Numbered from the stretch's first letter, positions 30,301-39,606 are shown. The stretch is 64,000 bases of DNA from an uncultured Rivularia sp. (GCA_963665115.1 OY762007.1:640001-704000); one strand, 5' to 3'. Program-made: numbers and translations. Notes: generated by a model from the letters alone, not told the origin.

Positions 30301-31981
30301 CCCTCAGAGTGATGACGGCATTGAATCTATGACTATGACTTATTACTTCTAGCAATCTATCTAAAAAAGCTTTGCGTTCTTGGGAATCTCTACAAAGAGT
30401 ATAAAGTTCTTCAAATTGGTCGGCAACCAGCAAAAAACAACCATTGGGATTTTCCGAAAGGATATTATCTACCAAATCCCGTAAACCATTCTCGCAATCT
30501 TGTAAATCGGTAGTAAAGTTTCTAATATCTCGCAAGCGTCCGGTGCGACTAAGGTTGTCTTCCTGCTGGGAAATAATCGCAGTTGCAAGATTAAATAAAG
30601 GTCTTTCACCTGGACGAAAATCGATAATATGCCATTCCCCAGCATCTCGCAGACGCTTTACCAAACCAGCGAACACAACGCTAGATTTGCCGCTACCGCT
30701 AGAACCAACAACCGCAACAAAAGGTTGATTTTGCACTGCATTCACCAACATCTGGGTGAAAGTTTCCCTTCCAAAAAAGAACCGTGCATCTTCTTCTCGG
30801 AAAGCAAACAAACCCCGGAAAGGGTTAATTTTGGTAGGATGACGACCTAAATCCAACCAAACTGGTGGAGCTACACCCGGATTTTGACAGATTATGGGTA
30901 GCCAAGAAGCAGCAGGAAATTCATTCTCTAATCCTTGTAATCTTTTGCGTGCTTGTTTGACTGATAAATATAAAGGAAGCTGCTCAATGGCAAAATAATT
31001 TAAAAAATACTCAAAGAATTTCTGAGCAACGAGATTTGGTACTGGCTCCCGCATCACAATCACTGTAGGAATATGCAATCTTTGCAATTCATCAGCCAAT
31101 CCCAACCCATCGCAAGAATTAAAAATTGCTAATTTTAAACCTTTTTTAATTGCTTGCTTCAGAGCTTCTTTTAACTGTTCAATAGTTAAACTATTATCTG
31201 TATTATTTTCATTAATATAAATCCGTCCCGTTTCTTCTTCCGTTTTACTATGACCTGCAAAAAACAGAATATCCCAACCTTTTGAATCCCAAAGGTAATT
31301 ATTAAATGTATTCCGTGAAGGTTTAACAAGAAACTTTACTTGGGCATCTTGCAGGCTTTCGAGAAATCTAGCTTCTGCTTCCAAATCAATATTTTTACTA
31401 TTGCCTAAAACTGCCAAAATCCTCACTTTATCTCTGGGAAATTTTGGCTGTCTTAAGCTTGCAATACGTTGGTATTCAAGTTGAGAAAGAGCCATTGCGG
31501 CTTTAGGATAATCATCAAAAAAATCCCAGCAATACCAAGGTAATCGCCGCAGCAATGCATGATTAGTTTCAATAATAACTCGTATTTCTTCTGTTGAATT
31601 TAATGCCGAACGTAATTTACGATCAATATTAAGAAACTCTACAGATTTTAGCCAATTATTGAGATATTGTTGTAATCCTGCACTTAAATTATTAAAGTCA
31701 ATGCTAGAAACATTGGTAATACCAGTGGCATCAATTTCTATTTCGTCATCTTCATCGAGTGTACCAGTACGCAGCCCAGGATCGAACAAGCTTTGATAAC
31801 TTAGCCGCCAATTTCTATAGAGTTGAGCTAGTTCAGGTGCTGGAGGTAAGGAACCGATGAACTGCTCTGGAAAGGAATTACCCACTTCCCACAATCGAGC
31901 GGTAACTTGCTCAAATCCTTTTTCCAACTCGCCATTGCCTAAATTAATCACAACTAATTTACTCATGGCAATGTCAAACAC
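27377..31981 (-). CDS. CHAT protease - STAND NTPase (nSTAND1-like) - TM - WD40 repeat protein
   Basis: CHAT His/Cys (FAGHS, FNSCDG); NPFRGL; Walker A GSSGSGKSS; Walker B LLVADQFEE; GNLPLLEFAL; TM helix; about 14 WD repeats. Confidence 0.92.
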   Translation of the reverse strand: MFDIAMSKLVVINLGNGELEKGFEQVTARLWEVGNSFPEQFIGSLPPAPELAQLYRNWRLSYQSLFDPGLRTGTLDEDDEIEIDATGITNVSSIDFNNLSAGLQQYLNNWLKSVEFLNIDRKLRSALNSTEEIRVIIETNHALLRRLPWYCWDFFDDYPKAAMALSQLEYQRIASLRQPKFPRDKVRILAVLGNSKNIDLEAEARFLESLQDAQVKFLVKPSRNTFNNYLWDSKGWDILFFAGHSKTEEETGRIYINENNTDNSLTIEQLKEALKQAIKKGLKLAIFNSCDGLGLADELQRLHIPTVIVMREPVPNLVAQKFFEYFLNYFAIEQLPLYLSVKQARKRLQGLENEFPAASWLPIICQNPGVAPPVWLDLGRHPTKINPFRGLFAFREEDARFFFGRETFTQMLVNAVQNQPFVAVVGSSGSGKSSVVFAGLVKRLRDAGEWHIIDFRPGERPLFNLATAIISQQEDNLSRTGRLRDIRNFTTDLQDCENGLRDLVDNILSENPNGCFLLVADQFEELYTLCRDSQERKAFLDRLLEVISHSHRFNAVITLRADFLGQALSYRPFADVLQYADLKLGPMTYSELQATIEKPVELLGVTIEDKLTERILSEVNPGNLPLLEFALTQLWAKQQDAQLTHAAYNEIGGVEAALAGYASEAYNQLNFEEKERAQQIFIQLVHPGLGTEDTRRVATSKEIGAENWDLVTRLADARLVVTGYDEKTNLETVEIVHEALIRNWGQLRDWMHRDRDFRHWQEQLRAAMLTWESSGCDEGALLRGKPLIDAQDWQNQRFSELSSMERSFIALSVEFRERESKNKKRRRRFTIYGLSVGLVLALSLAGLAGWQWQNAVKNEIKAINTSAKALLTSEQHFDALLESLKAWKKLSSISFSFDKQTPIKTEISNLLQEAVYKVKERNRWMTHQDEIKDVSFSPDGNIIATAGTDKTVKFWSLGGQGIVSLKRHKSSVTSITFSPDNERIATASWDGTVKLWTTKGLFIKDLAKQEEALSDVSFSPDGQTIAAADTVGNIILWDSKGQKIKSFKGHQEAVYDVTFSPDSKMIATASADNKVKLWNLDGQEIRTLSGHKDWVWSVNFNPQEPKIITASKDGTAKLWSLDGKIIKTLEAHKDALTSAAFSPDGKKIVTTSTDKTAILWSNNGEQLQVLKGHKNWVLKANFSPDSRIIATVSKDSTVKIWQVKDKPLQILPAHNDAIYSISYSPDAETIATASWDKTVKLWTKTGRLIKIINDFNSSVTDVSFSPDGQIIATATNDGNVKLFNNKGQAIKTLKEKNKDKAHQKWVWDVNFSHNGRIIATASNDGTAKLWKSTGEFIRTLDKQKEGVNSVTFSPDDKTIATGGWDKTIKLWKSKGELIRIIEGHKDAVHSVIFSPDGSTIASASEDKTVKLWTLKGRLIKDIPAHDAGVFNIIFSPDGKKIATASLDRTVKLWSRDGKELKTFKAHDDSVWSLDFNPKHNTLASGDNAGKLILWNLDLKENNLVDYGCNWVRDYLKNNANKETRNYCESIVSQK

Positions 31982-32027
31982 CTAGTGAATCTAAAGGTAC
32001 TGCGTCAAAACCTGTATCAAATTCAGG

Positions 32028-33071
32028 TTATTTAAAATAATCATCAACTAACTTCTGCGACGCTTGATGTAACTTTACCATTATGTAGTTCTGATTTTCT
32101 ACAGATAAAGCGTTAAAAATAGTTTCATATTCTTCGTTGAAGCTTTCTAATACATCTTTTTCCAAAAATTCAACTAATTGATTACTTTTCTCTATTTCCC
32201 GATTTGTAACTCTACCGAATTTAGAAATCACATTATCTAGCCTTGTCACAGTTACTAAAACAAGCATCTCCTGACATAATTCATCTTCAAAAGTTAATTC
32301 TCTATTTTCACAAGTCCATTTCTGTGCTTGATGGTAGCGATTATCTTCTGCAAATTCCGGAATCTTATTTTTAATAATTGGACGAATTCTACCTTTACAA
32401 GTTTCTATATAAATCGATTTAACTGGTTTAATTACAACTCCTTCCGCTTTATTTACTTGCGGTAACGGAGGTAAATTTAAAATTGCCGGAATTGTAGATT
32501 CAAATTCAATATTATATGCTGCCGCTTCTTCATATTTACCGATAAATAAAGGTTTTGCAGCCATCATTTCTACTCGACCAAATAATTGCAGCGCTATATC
32601 ATAATCTAAATAAACTTTTTCAGTATTATTTTCATTTTCTACAACAGCAATATCGAAACCACAATACTCTATCTTAGGGGAATAATACACACCCGTTTGT
32701 ATAGCTTGTATCCCAGAAACTGGAGTTACTTCTAGATGTGGATATTCTCCGCCAAATAATTCGCCATAAATAAATATTTTGTGTAAATTGTTTTTTTCAA
32801 GTTGCAAAAATTGGAATATTTTCCGAGCTTGTGAAATTAATTTATCTTGCAACAACTGATAACCGAAAAAATCCTCCGTACTATCTAAAAATTTCTTTCT
32901 TTTAGCAAATTTAACTTCTAAACCATCCGTCATAATCCCAAAGTTGGCACCGTGAATCTTTTCTGTCACTACCCAATCGGTTTTCTTCAAAATACGGTAA
33001 TCGGATTCTGTTAAATTCCATTTATTGATATTTTCGGGTATCTTTTCATACGCGATGTATTTGTTATCCAT
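32028..33071 (-). CDS. Rnl2-family RNA ligase
   Basis: Nucleotidyltransferase motifs TEKIHGANF, YGELFGG, FDI, AEGVVIKP, KNK. Confidence 0.85.
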   Translation of the reverse strand: MDNKYIAYEKIPENINKWNLTESDYRILKKTDWVVTEKIHGANFGIMTDGLEVKFAKRKKFLDSTEDFFGYQLLQDKLISQARKIFQFLQLEKNNLHKIFIYGELFGGEYPHLEVTPVSGIQAIQTGVYYSPKIEYCGFDIAVVENENNTEKVYLDYDIALQLFGRVEMMAAKPLFIGKYEEAAAYNIEFESTIPAILNLPPLPQVNKAEGVVIKPVKSIYIETCKGRIRPIIKNKIPEFAEDNRYHQAQKWTCENRELTFEDELCQEMLVLVTVTRLDNVISKFGRVTNREIEKSNQLVEFLEKDVLESFNEEYETIFNALSVENQNYIMVKLHQASQKLVDDYFK

Positions 33072-33139
33072 GATTAAAGCGATAAATCGCTTACTACGAA
33101 CAAGTAATTTATTGTAGTATAGATGAAGTGCAACGTGTT

Positions 33140-33346
33140 TTAACTACCGAGTAAAATAGCTACTGCCATAGCAACGAGGAACAATCCGAAAACCGTGTAA
33201 AATATTCGTGCGCCTTTACGACCAATTATTTTAACCAGGAAGCGAGCGCGATAATTGTTAAAATACCAATCCCAGTTAAAGTAACTAGCTGCAACTGAGA
33301 ATAAACCCGCTAATATAATCAAGATGCAAATAAGTATTTCTTCCAT
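33140..33346 (-). CDS. Immunity protein 17 (Imm17)-like membrane protein
   Basis: GLFS.AAS.FNWDWYF...IGRKGARIFY pattern. Confidence 0.78.
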   Translation of the reverse strand: MEEILICILIILAGLFSVAASYFNWDWYFNNYRARFLVKIIGRKGARIFYTVFGLFLVAMAVAILLGS

Positions 33347-33442
33347 CTTTTTATAGTCTCGTTAATTTAATTTACCTAAAATACTTTATTAAAATTGATA
33401 ATGAAATCAGTAAATACTACATTACCCAAAGAAAAATTACCA

Positions 33443-34804
33443 ATGACCACCAAACCCCAATACCACATTACAACCTTCGGTTGCCAGATGAATAAAGCCG
33501 ACTCAGAACGCATGGCTGGCATTTTAGAAGACATGGGCTTTGAGTGGTCAGAAGACCAATACGATGCAGATATAGTAATTTGCAATACTTGTTCCATCCG
33601 AGATAATGCGGAGCAAAAAGTTTATTCTTATTTGGGCAGACAAGCAAAGCGGAAGCGCAAAAAGCCGGATTTGACTTTGGTAATAGCGGGTTGCGTGGCT
33701 CAACAAGAAGGAGAAACTTTACTAAGAAGGGTTCCGGAATTGGATTTGGTCATGGGGCCGCAACACGCCAACCGTTTAAAAGATTTGCTGGATGAAGTGT
33801 ACGGTGGCTCTCAAGTTGTGGCAACCGAGCCGGTGCATATTATGGAAGATATCACCAAGCCGCGTCGGGATAGTAAGGTAACGGCTTGGGTGAACGTAAT
33901 TTATGGCTGTAACGAACGCTGTACTTATTGCGTAGTTCCTGGAGTGCGAGGTGTAGAGCAGTCGCGGACACCGGAAGCAATTCGCGCTGAAATCGAAGAG
34001 TTGGCGAGACAGGGTTATAAAGAAATTACTTTACTCGGTCAAAATATTGACGCTTACGGTAGAGATTTACCGGGAATTACACCGGAAGGTCGTCGTCAGA
34101 ACACTTTGACGGATTTATTGTATTACATCCACGATGTACCGGGAATTGAAAGAATTCGATTTGCTACATCTCATCCCCGTTATTTTACCGAAAGATTAAT
34201 TAAAGCTTGCGCCGAATTACCCAAAGTTTGCGAGCATTTTCACATCCCCTTCCAATCGGGAGATAACGAAGTTTTGAAACGGATGTCACGGGGTTATACC
34301 CATGAAAAATACCGCAGAATTATCGATAAAGTTCGCGAGTATATGCCAGATGCTTCAATTACTGCCGATGCAATTGTGGCTTTCCCTGGGGAGACAGAAG
34401 AACAGTTTCAAAAAACAATGCAGTTAACAGAAGACATCGCTTTCGACTTGTTAAACACTGCTGCATATTCACCGCGTCCAAATACACCAGCTGCGGAATG
34501 GGAAGAACAATTGAGCGAAGAAGTTAAAAGCGATCGATTGCAGCGATTGAATCATCTTGTAAATGTCAAAGCAGCCGAACGTTCGGAAAGATACATGGGA
34601 CGTATTGAGGAAGTTTTGGTAGAAGATGAGAATCCTAAAGATAAAAATCAGGTAATGGGGCGTACCAGCGGAAATCGGTTGACTTTCTTTACTGGTGATA
34701 TCAACGAGCTTAAAGGTAAATTGGTGAAAGTGAAAATTAACGTAGTGCGTCCCTTTAGTTTGACAGGGGAAGTTGTAGAAGCGCGGGAAGTTGTTAATGT
34801 TTAA
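33443..34804 (+). CDS. miaB: tRNA-2-methylthio-N6-dimethylallyladenosine synthase
   Basis: [32 protein letters not shown] radical SAM motif, C-terminal TRAM domain. Confidence 0.97.
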   Translation: MTTKPQYHITTFGCQMNKADSERMAGILEDMGFEWSEDQYDADIVICNTCSIRDNAEQKVYSYLGRQAKRKRKKPDLTLVIAGCVAQQEGETLLRRVPELDLVMGPQHANRLKDLLDEVYGGSQVVATEPVHIMEDITKPRRDSKVTAWVNVIYGCNERCTYCVVPGVRGVEQSRTPEAIRAEIEELARQGYKEITLLGQNIDAYGRDLPGITPEGRRQNTLTDLLYYIHDVPGIERIRFATSHPRYFTERLIKACAELPKVCEHFHIPFQSGDNEVLKRMSRGYTHEKYRRIIDKVREYMPDASITADAIVAFPGETEEQFQKTMQLTEDIAFDLLNTAAYSPRPNTPAAEWEEQLSEEVKSDRLQRLNHLVNVKAAERSERYMGRIEEVLVEDENPKDKNQVMGRTSGNRLTFFTGDINELKGKLVKVKINVVRPFSLTGEVVEAREVVNV

Positions 34805-34861
34805 TCAATGATGTAGAGACGTAGCAGTGCTACGTCTCCCTACAATTTGAGGATATAAACA

Positions 34862-35071
34862 ATGCAAGCTGATAAAATACCAGAACAAAGATTAATCGAA
34901 AAAATACGTCAACTAGTTCCAGAACAAGTCGTATTAGTTGAAAATTTTATTGATTCCTGATCTGGGCAGAATGAAGATTATAACCTTACCCTAGCTGCTA
35001 CCAAGCTTTCCGAACCAGCACTGCGAAAAATTTGGGATAATCCTGAAGACACTGAATATGACCAATTATAG
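34862..35071 (+). pseudogene. Antitoxin pseudogene (partner of a PemK/MazF toxin) with an internal stop
   Basis: MQADKIPEQRLIEKIRQL...FIDS*SGQNE...LSEPALRKIWDNPEDTEYDQL; stop overlaps the toxin start. Confidence 0.7.
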
Positions 35072-35262
35072 TCATTCCAATTAATTTCCGTAGTGCGTTA
35101 GCGAAGCGTGTCTGAAAGACAAGCATCTTGCTCGCTCGGTACTAGCGAGCAAGATGCTCGCACTACAAATCAATCGGTTTCTATTTAGAATCGCTATATA
35201 AATTCGGCGAGGTTGTTTTAGTACCCTTTCCCTTCACAGACCAAACTACCACTAAAAAACCA
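35058..35262 (+). pseudogene. PemK/MazF-like toxin remnant, interrupted by a MITE and truncated
   Basis: Removing the MITE restores MTNYKFGEVVLVPFPFTDQTTTKKP. Confidence 0.75.
35067..35200. mobile_element. MITE (copy of 19946-20055) carrying a nested 24-nt insertion at 35098-35121
   Basis: Near-identical to the first copy apart from the inserted TTAGCGAAGCGTGTCTGAAAGACA. Confidence 0.88.
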
Positions 35263-35324
35263 AATAATTCAACTAAAAACAATATAAAATACCTAACAAA
35301 ATAACGCGCTTCATCCAAAAATAG

Positions 35325-35400
35325 ATGTTGGGTTACGACGCGATATAAATCATAAAGTTAATCATTATTTTTTCGTGCGTCTAACCCAACCTACAACTAC
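35325..35400. repeat. REP-like element, left of the STAND-CHAT module
   Basis: TGTTGGGTTACGACGC...GTGCGTCTAACCCAACCTAC; same-orientation copy at 40778-40855. Confidence 0.8.
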
Positions 35401-35524
35401 AACTTAAAGGGAAGTTGTGGGTATTTAAAATAGTGTAATTTTACGGTAAATATTAAACTCAACCTGTATCTAAATTTGAAATAGTAGCGTTTAATTTAAG
35501 TAAATTACTCGTGAGGCAGGTTGA

Positions 35525-38500
35525 ATGAGCGATAACGGCATGGAAGGAGATAATCGCAGCGCCAGTATTGGAGAAAGTGCTGATAGTAGTGCTATTCAAA
35601 CTGGTGATGGCAACACTGCGACTATCACCAATTACTATTACTATTACCGTGAAGTAAATACGGTAGTATCTGTTGAATCTACTGACGCTAAAGATGATAA
35701 CCTTCTTTGCCCTTATCGCGGTTTATTTCACTTTGGCCCCGATCATGCCGAATATTTCTTTGGACGTGAGGTATTTGTAGAAGAACTATTTACTGCTACT
35801 CAAACCCGTAATTTTATACCTTTATTAGGTGCTTCGGGAAGCGGTAAATCTTCGGTGGTTTTGGCGGGATTAGTGCCAAAATTACAAAAAGAAGGCAACT
35901 GGTTGTTTACTCATTTTCGTCCTGGTAAAGATCCTTTTCATGCTTTGGCTTTAGCGTTGATTCCGCTTTATACAAAAAATTTGAATGATACCGAAAAGAT
36001 AATTCAAGCACGTCAGTTATCACAATCCCTTAGTGATGCTAAAAATCCTCTTCCTCTAGGTGATATATTTGCTCAAATTCACCAAAATAATCCTACATAT
36101 CGGGTGTTGTTGATTGCCGACCAATTTGAAGAAATTTACACTTTATGCGCGGATAATAAAGTTCGTCATCGTTTTTTAGATGCTTTATTAGAAACTTTTC
36201 CATCTTCCTCTACTCAATCGCAATATAATCGCGTGCTAGTTGCAACCATGCGAGCAGATTTTTTGGGCAATGCTTTGGAATATCCCTCTTTTAGAGATGT
36301 ATTGAAAGATGATATCAAGCTTAGTTCGATGAATCATGATGAACTAACATCGATAATTGCTAAACCTGCTGAAAAATTGAAAGTGACGTTTGAATCGGGA
36401 TTAGTAGAGCGCATTTTGGATGATGTAAAAGATGAGCCGGGGAATTTACCTTTATTAGAATTTGCGTTAACGGAGTTGTGGAAGCAGCGAAAAGATAGAC
36501 AGTTAACTCATGCAGCTTATCAAAAAATAGGTAAGGTACAAGGTGCATTGGCTCGTCATGCAGATTGGAATTATGGTAATTTGGATGCCACCCAAAAAGA
36601 GCAGGTAAGGCGGATTTTTATTCAATTAGTGCAACCCGGTGAAGGCACGTTGGATACGCGAAGATTGGCGACGAAAGCCGAATTGGGTGAAACAAGCTGG
36701 AATTTGGTGAAACAGTTGGCGGATAACCGATTAGTAGTTACCAATCAAAATGCTGCCAACCAAGAAACAGTAGAAGTTGTTCATGAAGCGTTGATTAGCA
36801 ATTGGGATGAGTTTCGGCGATGGATGAATGAAGATCGTAGCTTTCGGGCTTGGCAAGAAAGGCTAAGGTTTGCAATGGCTCAATGGCAAAATAATCAAGC
36901 AGATAAAGAGCTATTGCTGCGGGGTAAAGTGTTAGCAGAAGCGGAAGAAAAGCTGAAGCAACGGCGAGATGAATTGAGTGCAGATGAGCAAAAATTTATT
37001 CAAGCCAGTGTTGCACTGCGTCAACGTCGTAAGGGGCTAATTTACTCGGGTTTGGGTGTGGCTGGGAGTATCTTCTTAATCTGGATCGGGTTTTTGGGTT
37101 GGCGGGATTATACAACTCCGGGGCAGTTGACTCACATTCGCTGGAAATTAACTGATGCTAGCGAGCTAATAACAAATCCTAGTTATCAATCAAAAGCGGC
37201 GATCGCCTTTGCTAAAAATGAAAATTTTGATCGAGCCTTTGAAATTACTGACAAAATTAAAGATTCCCATTTCAAAGTAGATGCCTTAAGAGCCATAGCC
37301 GAAGTATATGCCAAAATATCAGAACCGCAAAAAGCGGCTTCATTGCTCGAACAAGCAATCAAATCTGCCGACAACATTTCCTATTCCCGTAACAAAGCCT
37401 CAGCCTTAAGTGCCATAGCCGAAGTAATTGCCAAAATATCAGAACCGCAAAAAGCGGCTTCATTGCTCGAACAAGCAATCAAATCTGCCGAAAACATTTC
37501 TGCCACAAACATTCCCGTTTCCCAATTCAAAGCCTCAGCTTTAATAGCCATAGCCGAAGTAATTGCCAAGATATCAGAACCGCAAAAAGCCGCCTCTTTG
37601 CTCGAACAAGCAATCAAATCTGCCGACAACATTTCTGATTCCGATCATAAAGTAAAAGCCTTAAGTGCTATAGCCGAAGTATATGCCAAGAGGGAGCAAC
37701 CGCGAAAAGCCGCCTCTTTGCTCGAACAAGCAATCAAATCTGTCGACAATATGTCCTATTCCTATCACAACCACAACTCCTATTACAAAGCCTCAGCTTT
37801 AATAGCCATAGCCGAAGTAATTGCCAAGATATCAGAACCGCAAAAAGCCGCCTCTTTGCTTGAACAAGCAATCAAATCTGCCGACAACATTTCTGATTCC
37901 GATCATAAAGTAAAAGCCTTAAGTGCTATAGCCGAAGTATATGCCAAGAGGGAGCAACCGCGAAAAGCCGCCTCTTTGCTCGAACAAGCAATCAAATCTG
38001 TCGACAACATTTCCGATTCCGATGACAAAGCAAAAGCCTTAAGTGCCATAGCCGAAGTATATGCCAAGAGGGAGCAACCGCAAAAAGCCGCCTTGTTGCT
38101 CGAACAAGCAATCAAATCTGCCAACAACATTTTCAGTTCCAGAAAAAAATCCTATGCTTTAAGTGCTATTGCTGGAGTATATGCCAAGCTCTCAAAACCA
38201 CAAAAAGCCGCTTCTTTGCTCGAACAAGCAATCAAATCTGCCGATAACATTTCCGATTACCATTACAAAGGCTATGTTTTAAGAACCATAGCCGAAGTAA
38301 TTGCCAAGATATCAGAACCGCAAAAAGCGGCCTCTTTGCTCGAACAAGCAATCAAATCTGCCGACAACATTTCCCAATCCGGTGAAAAAGCCGAAGCATT
38401 AGGAGCCATAGCCGAAGTAATTGCCAAGATATCAGAACCGCAAAAAGCGGCCTCTTTGCTCGAACAAGCAATCAAATCTGCCGACAACATTTCCCAATCC

Positions 38501-38671
38501 GGTGACAAAGCCGAAGCCTTAAGTGCCATAGCCGAAGTCGCAGCAAAATATAAAAACTGGGGATTAGCACTTGAAGTTACGAATAAATGTCGCAGCGAAT
38601 ATTGTAAAGTGAAGTCGTTGACAAAGGTTTTAACAATTCATGCCGAGCAGAAGAATCCGGAATTGAAATAA
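35525..38671 (+). CDS. NLR-like protein: N-terminal amyloid/RHIM-like motif - STAND NTPase - TM - ten 40-aa TPR-like repeats
   Basis: CPYRGL, Walker A GASGSGKSS, Walker B LLIADQFEE, PGNLPLLEFAL, TM GLGVAGSIFLIWIGFLGW, 120-bp tandem repeats. Confidence 0.88.
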   Translation: MSDNGMEGDNRSASIGESADSSAIQTGDGNTATITNYYYYYREVNTVVSVESTDAKDDNLLCPYRGLFHFGPDHAEYFFGREVFVEELFTATQTRNFIPLLGASGSGKSSVVLAGLVPKLQKEGNWLFTHFRPGKDPFHALALALIPLYTKNLNDTEKIIQARQLSQSLSDAKNPLPLGDIFAQIHQNNPTYRVLLIADQFEEIYTLCADNKVRHRFLDALLETFPSSSTQSQYNRVLVATMRADFLGNALEYPSFRDVLKDDIKLSSMNHDELTSIIAKPAEKLKVTFESGLVERILDDVKDEPGNLPLLEFALTELWKQRKDRQLTHAAYQKIGKVQGALARHADWNYGNLDATQKEQVRRIFIQLVQPGEGTLDTRRLATKAELGETSWNLVKQLADNRLVVTNQNAANQETVEVVHEALISNWDEFRRWMNEDRSFRAWQERLRFAMAQWQNNQADKELLLRGKVLAEAEEKLKQRRDELSADEQKFIQASVALRQRRKGLIYSGLGVAGSIFLIWIGFLGWRDYTTPGQLTHIRWKLTDASELITNPSYQSKAAIAFAKNENFDRAFEITDKIKDSHFKVDALRAIAEVYAKISEPQKAASLLEQAIKSADNISYSRNKASALSAIAEVIAKISEPQKAASLLEQAIKSAENISATNIPVSQFKASALIAIAEVIAKISEPQKAASLLEQAIKSADNISDSDHKVKALSAIAEVYAKREQPRKAASLLEQAIKSVDNMSYSYHNHNSYYKASALIAIAEVIAKISEPQKAASLLEQAIKSADNISDSDHKVKALSAIAEVYAKREQPRKAASLLEQAIKSVDNISDSDDKAKALSAIAEVYAKREQPQKAALLLEQAIKSANNIFSSRKKSYALSAIAGVYAKLSKPQKAASLLEQAIKSADNISDYHYKGYVLRTIAEVIAKISEPQKAASLLEQAIKSADNISQSGEKAEALGAIAEVIAKISEPQKAASLLEQAIKSADNISQSGDKAEALSAIAEVAAKYKNWGLALEVTNKCRSEYCKVKSLTKVLTIHAEQKNPELK
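37270..38545 (+). repeat. Intragenic 120-bp tandem repeat array (10 units)
   Basis: GAACAAGCAATCAAATCTG recurs every 120 bp, with two longer units of 135 and 138 bp. Confidence 0.95.
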
Positions 38672-38749
38672 TTGGTAATTGGTAATGGGTAATGGGTAAT
38701 GGGTAATTGGTAATGGTGAACTGTAATCTTGTTACAAATTTTTCTGCTA

Positions 38750-39139
38750 CTAGCTTAATGTTTGCAACCAAGAAACACTCGTGAGATTGCTATCAACTGT
38801 AGCTAATATAAAATTGTAGTAAACTGCTGTAGCTGCAATAAATCTATCAGCTGGATCTTGGTGTGGTAGTTGAATCTGGCGACTTAAAATAGCAATTTGA
38901 TTAACAAGGGGAGCTTCAATAATTTCTAGAGTTTGTAAGGCTAAATTAATCCATGTAACCGCATCAGGTTGTAAAGAAATTCGTCCTTTCTCTGCTAAAA
39001 TTAACGTTTCCCAGATACTAATAGGACTAAGCCACAGCTCGGTTGTTTCTTCTGCAATTACGGTTTGGAGATTGGTAGATAGACGCTTGTCACCCAGGAG
39101 ATACCAAAGCCAAATATGGGTATCTAATAAAAGTTTCAC
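38750..39139 (-). CDS. vapC: VapC/PIN domain toxin
   Basis: LLLDTHIWLW, SPISIWE, HQDPADRFIAATA, LATVD. Confidence 0.92.
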   Translation of the reverse strand: MKLLLDTHIWLWYLLGDKRLSTNLQTVIAEETTELWLSPISIWETLILAEKGRISLQPDAVTWINLALQTLEIIEAPLVNQIAILSRQIQLPHQDPADRFIAATAVYYNFILATVDSNLTSVSWLQTLS

Positions 39140-39372
39140 TGAAGCACTTCCCAGGTGTTAAGGGGAACTGCTGGAGTTATTAAATCTCCCAAAATTTCCC
39201 CGCTTCCTTTCATTACTCCAAAAGTTGCACGTTTGGCTTGAGTTGTCGCAGGAGATATGATTACTAATGGTTTGCCCTCATGGATAACAGTTAAGGGTGT
39301 TTTAGTTAGTTGTATTTCTGTAAATAATTTCTGAATATTTTCGGGTAATTCGTTGATACTAATTTGTTGCAT
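39136..39372 (-). CDS. Phd/YefM-like antitoxin
   Basis: 78 aa overlapping the toxin start (GTGA); PLTVIHEGKPLVIISP...FGVMKGSGEILGDLITP. Confidence 0.8.
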   Translation of the reverse strand: MQQISINELPENIQKLFTEIQLTKTPLTVIHEGKPLVIISPATTQAKRATFGVMKGSGEILGDLITPAVPLNTWEVLQ

Positions 39373-39427
39373 TTTTGGGTTTAATAGCTCCTAACTATAT
39401 GTATGATATTGCAAAAATCCTCTGCTT

Positions 39428-39580
39428 ATAGCGGTTTGCAAGTAGATGAGGTATGGAACTAAATATAAAAATCTTGTGGGATGGGCATCCCTGCCCGTCC
39501 AAATGTACTTCACCAATATAAGATGTGCTGCGATTGCTTCACTTCGTTCGCAATGACAACTTTTTTTGCATAAGTCCTAA
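39428..39580. mobile_element. Composite MITE/REP remnants
   Basis: TATAGCGGTT terminus, GGATGGGCATCCCTGCCCGTCC palindrome, GCGATTGCTTC..CGCAATGAC, and a TAAGTCCT end resembling 63834-63959. Confidence 0.55.
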
Positions 39581-39606
39581 AAACCATATTAATAAAAAAT
39601 CCCACC

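Noticed and set aside
37270..38545. Diversity-generating retroelement target
   Set aside because: No reverse transcriptase or separate template repeat in the window, and the variation includes indels and non-adenine changes.
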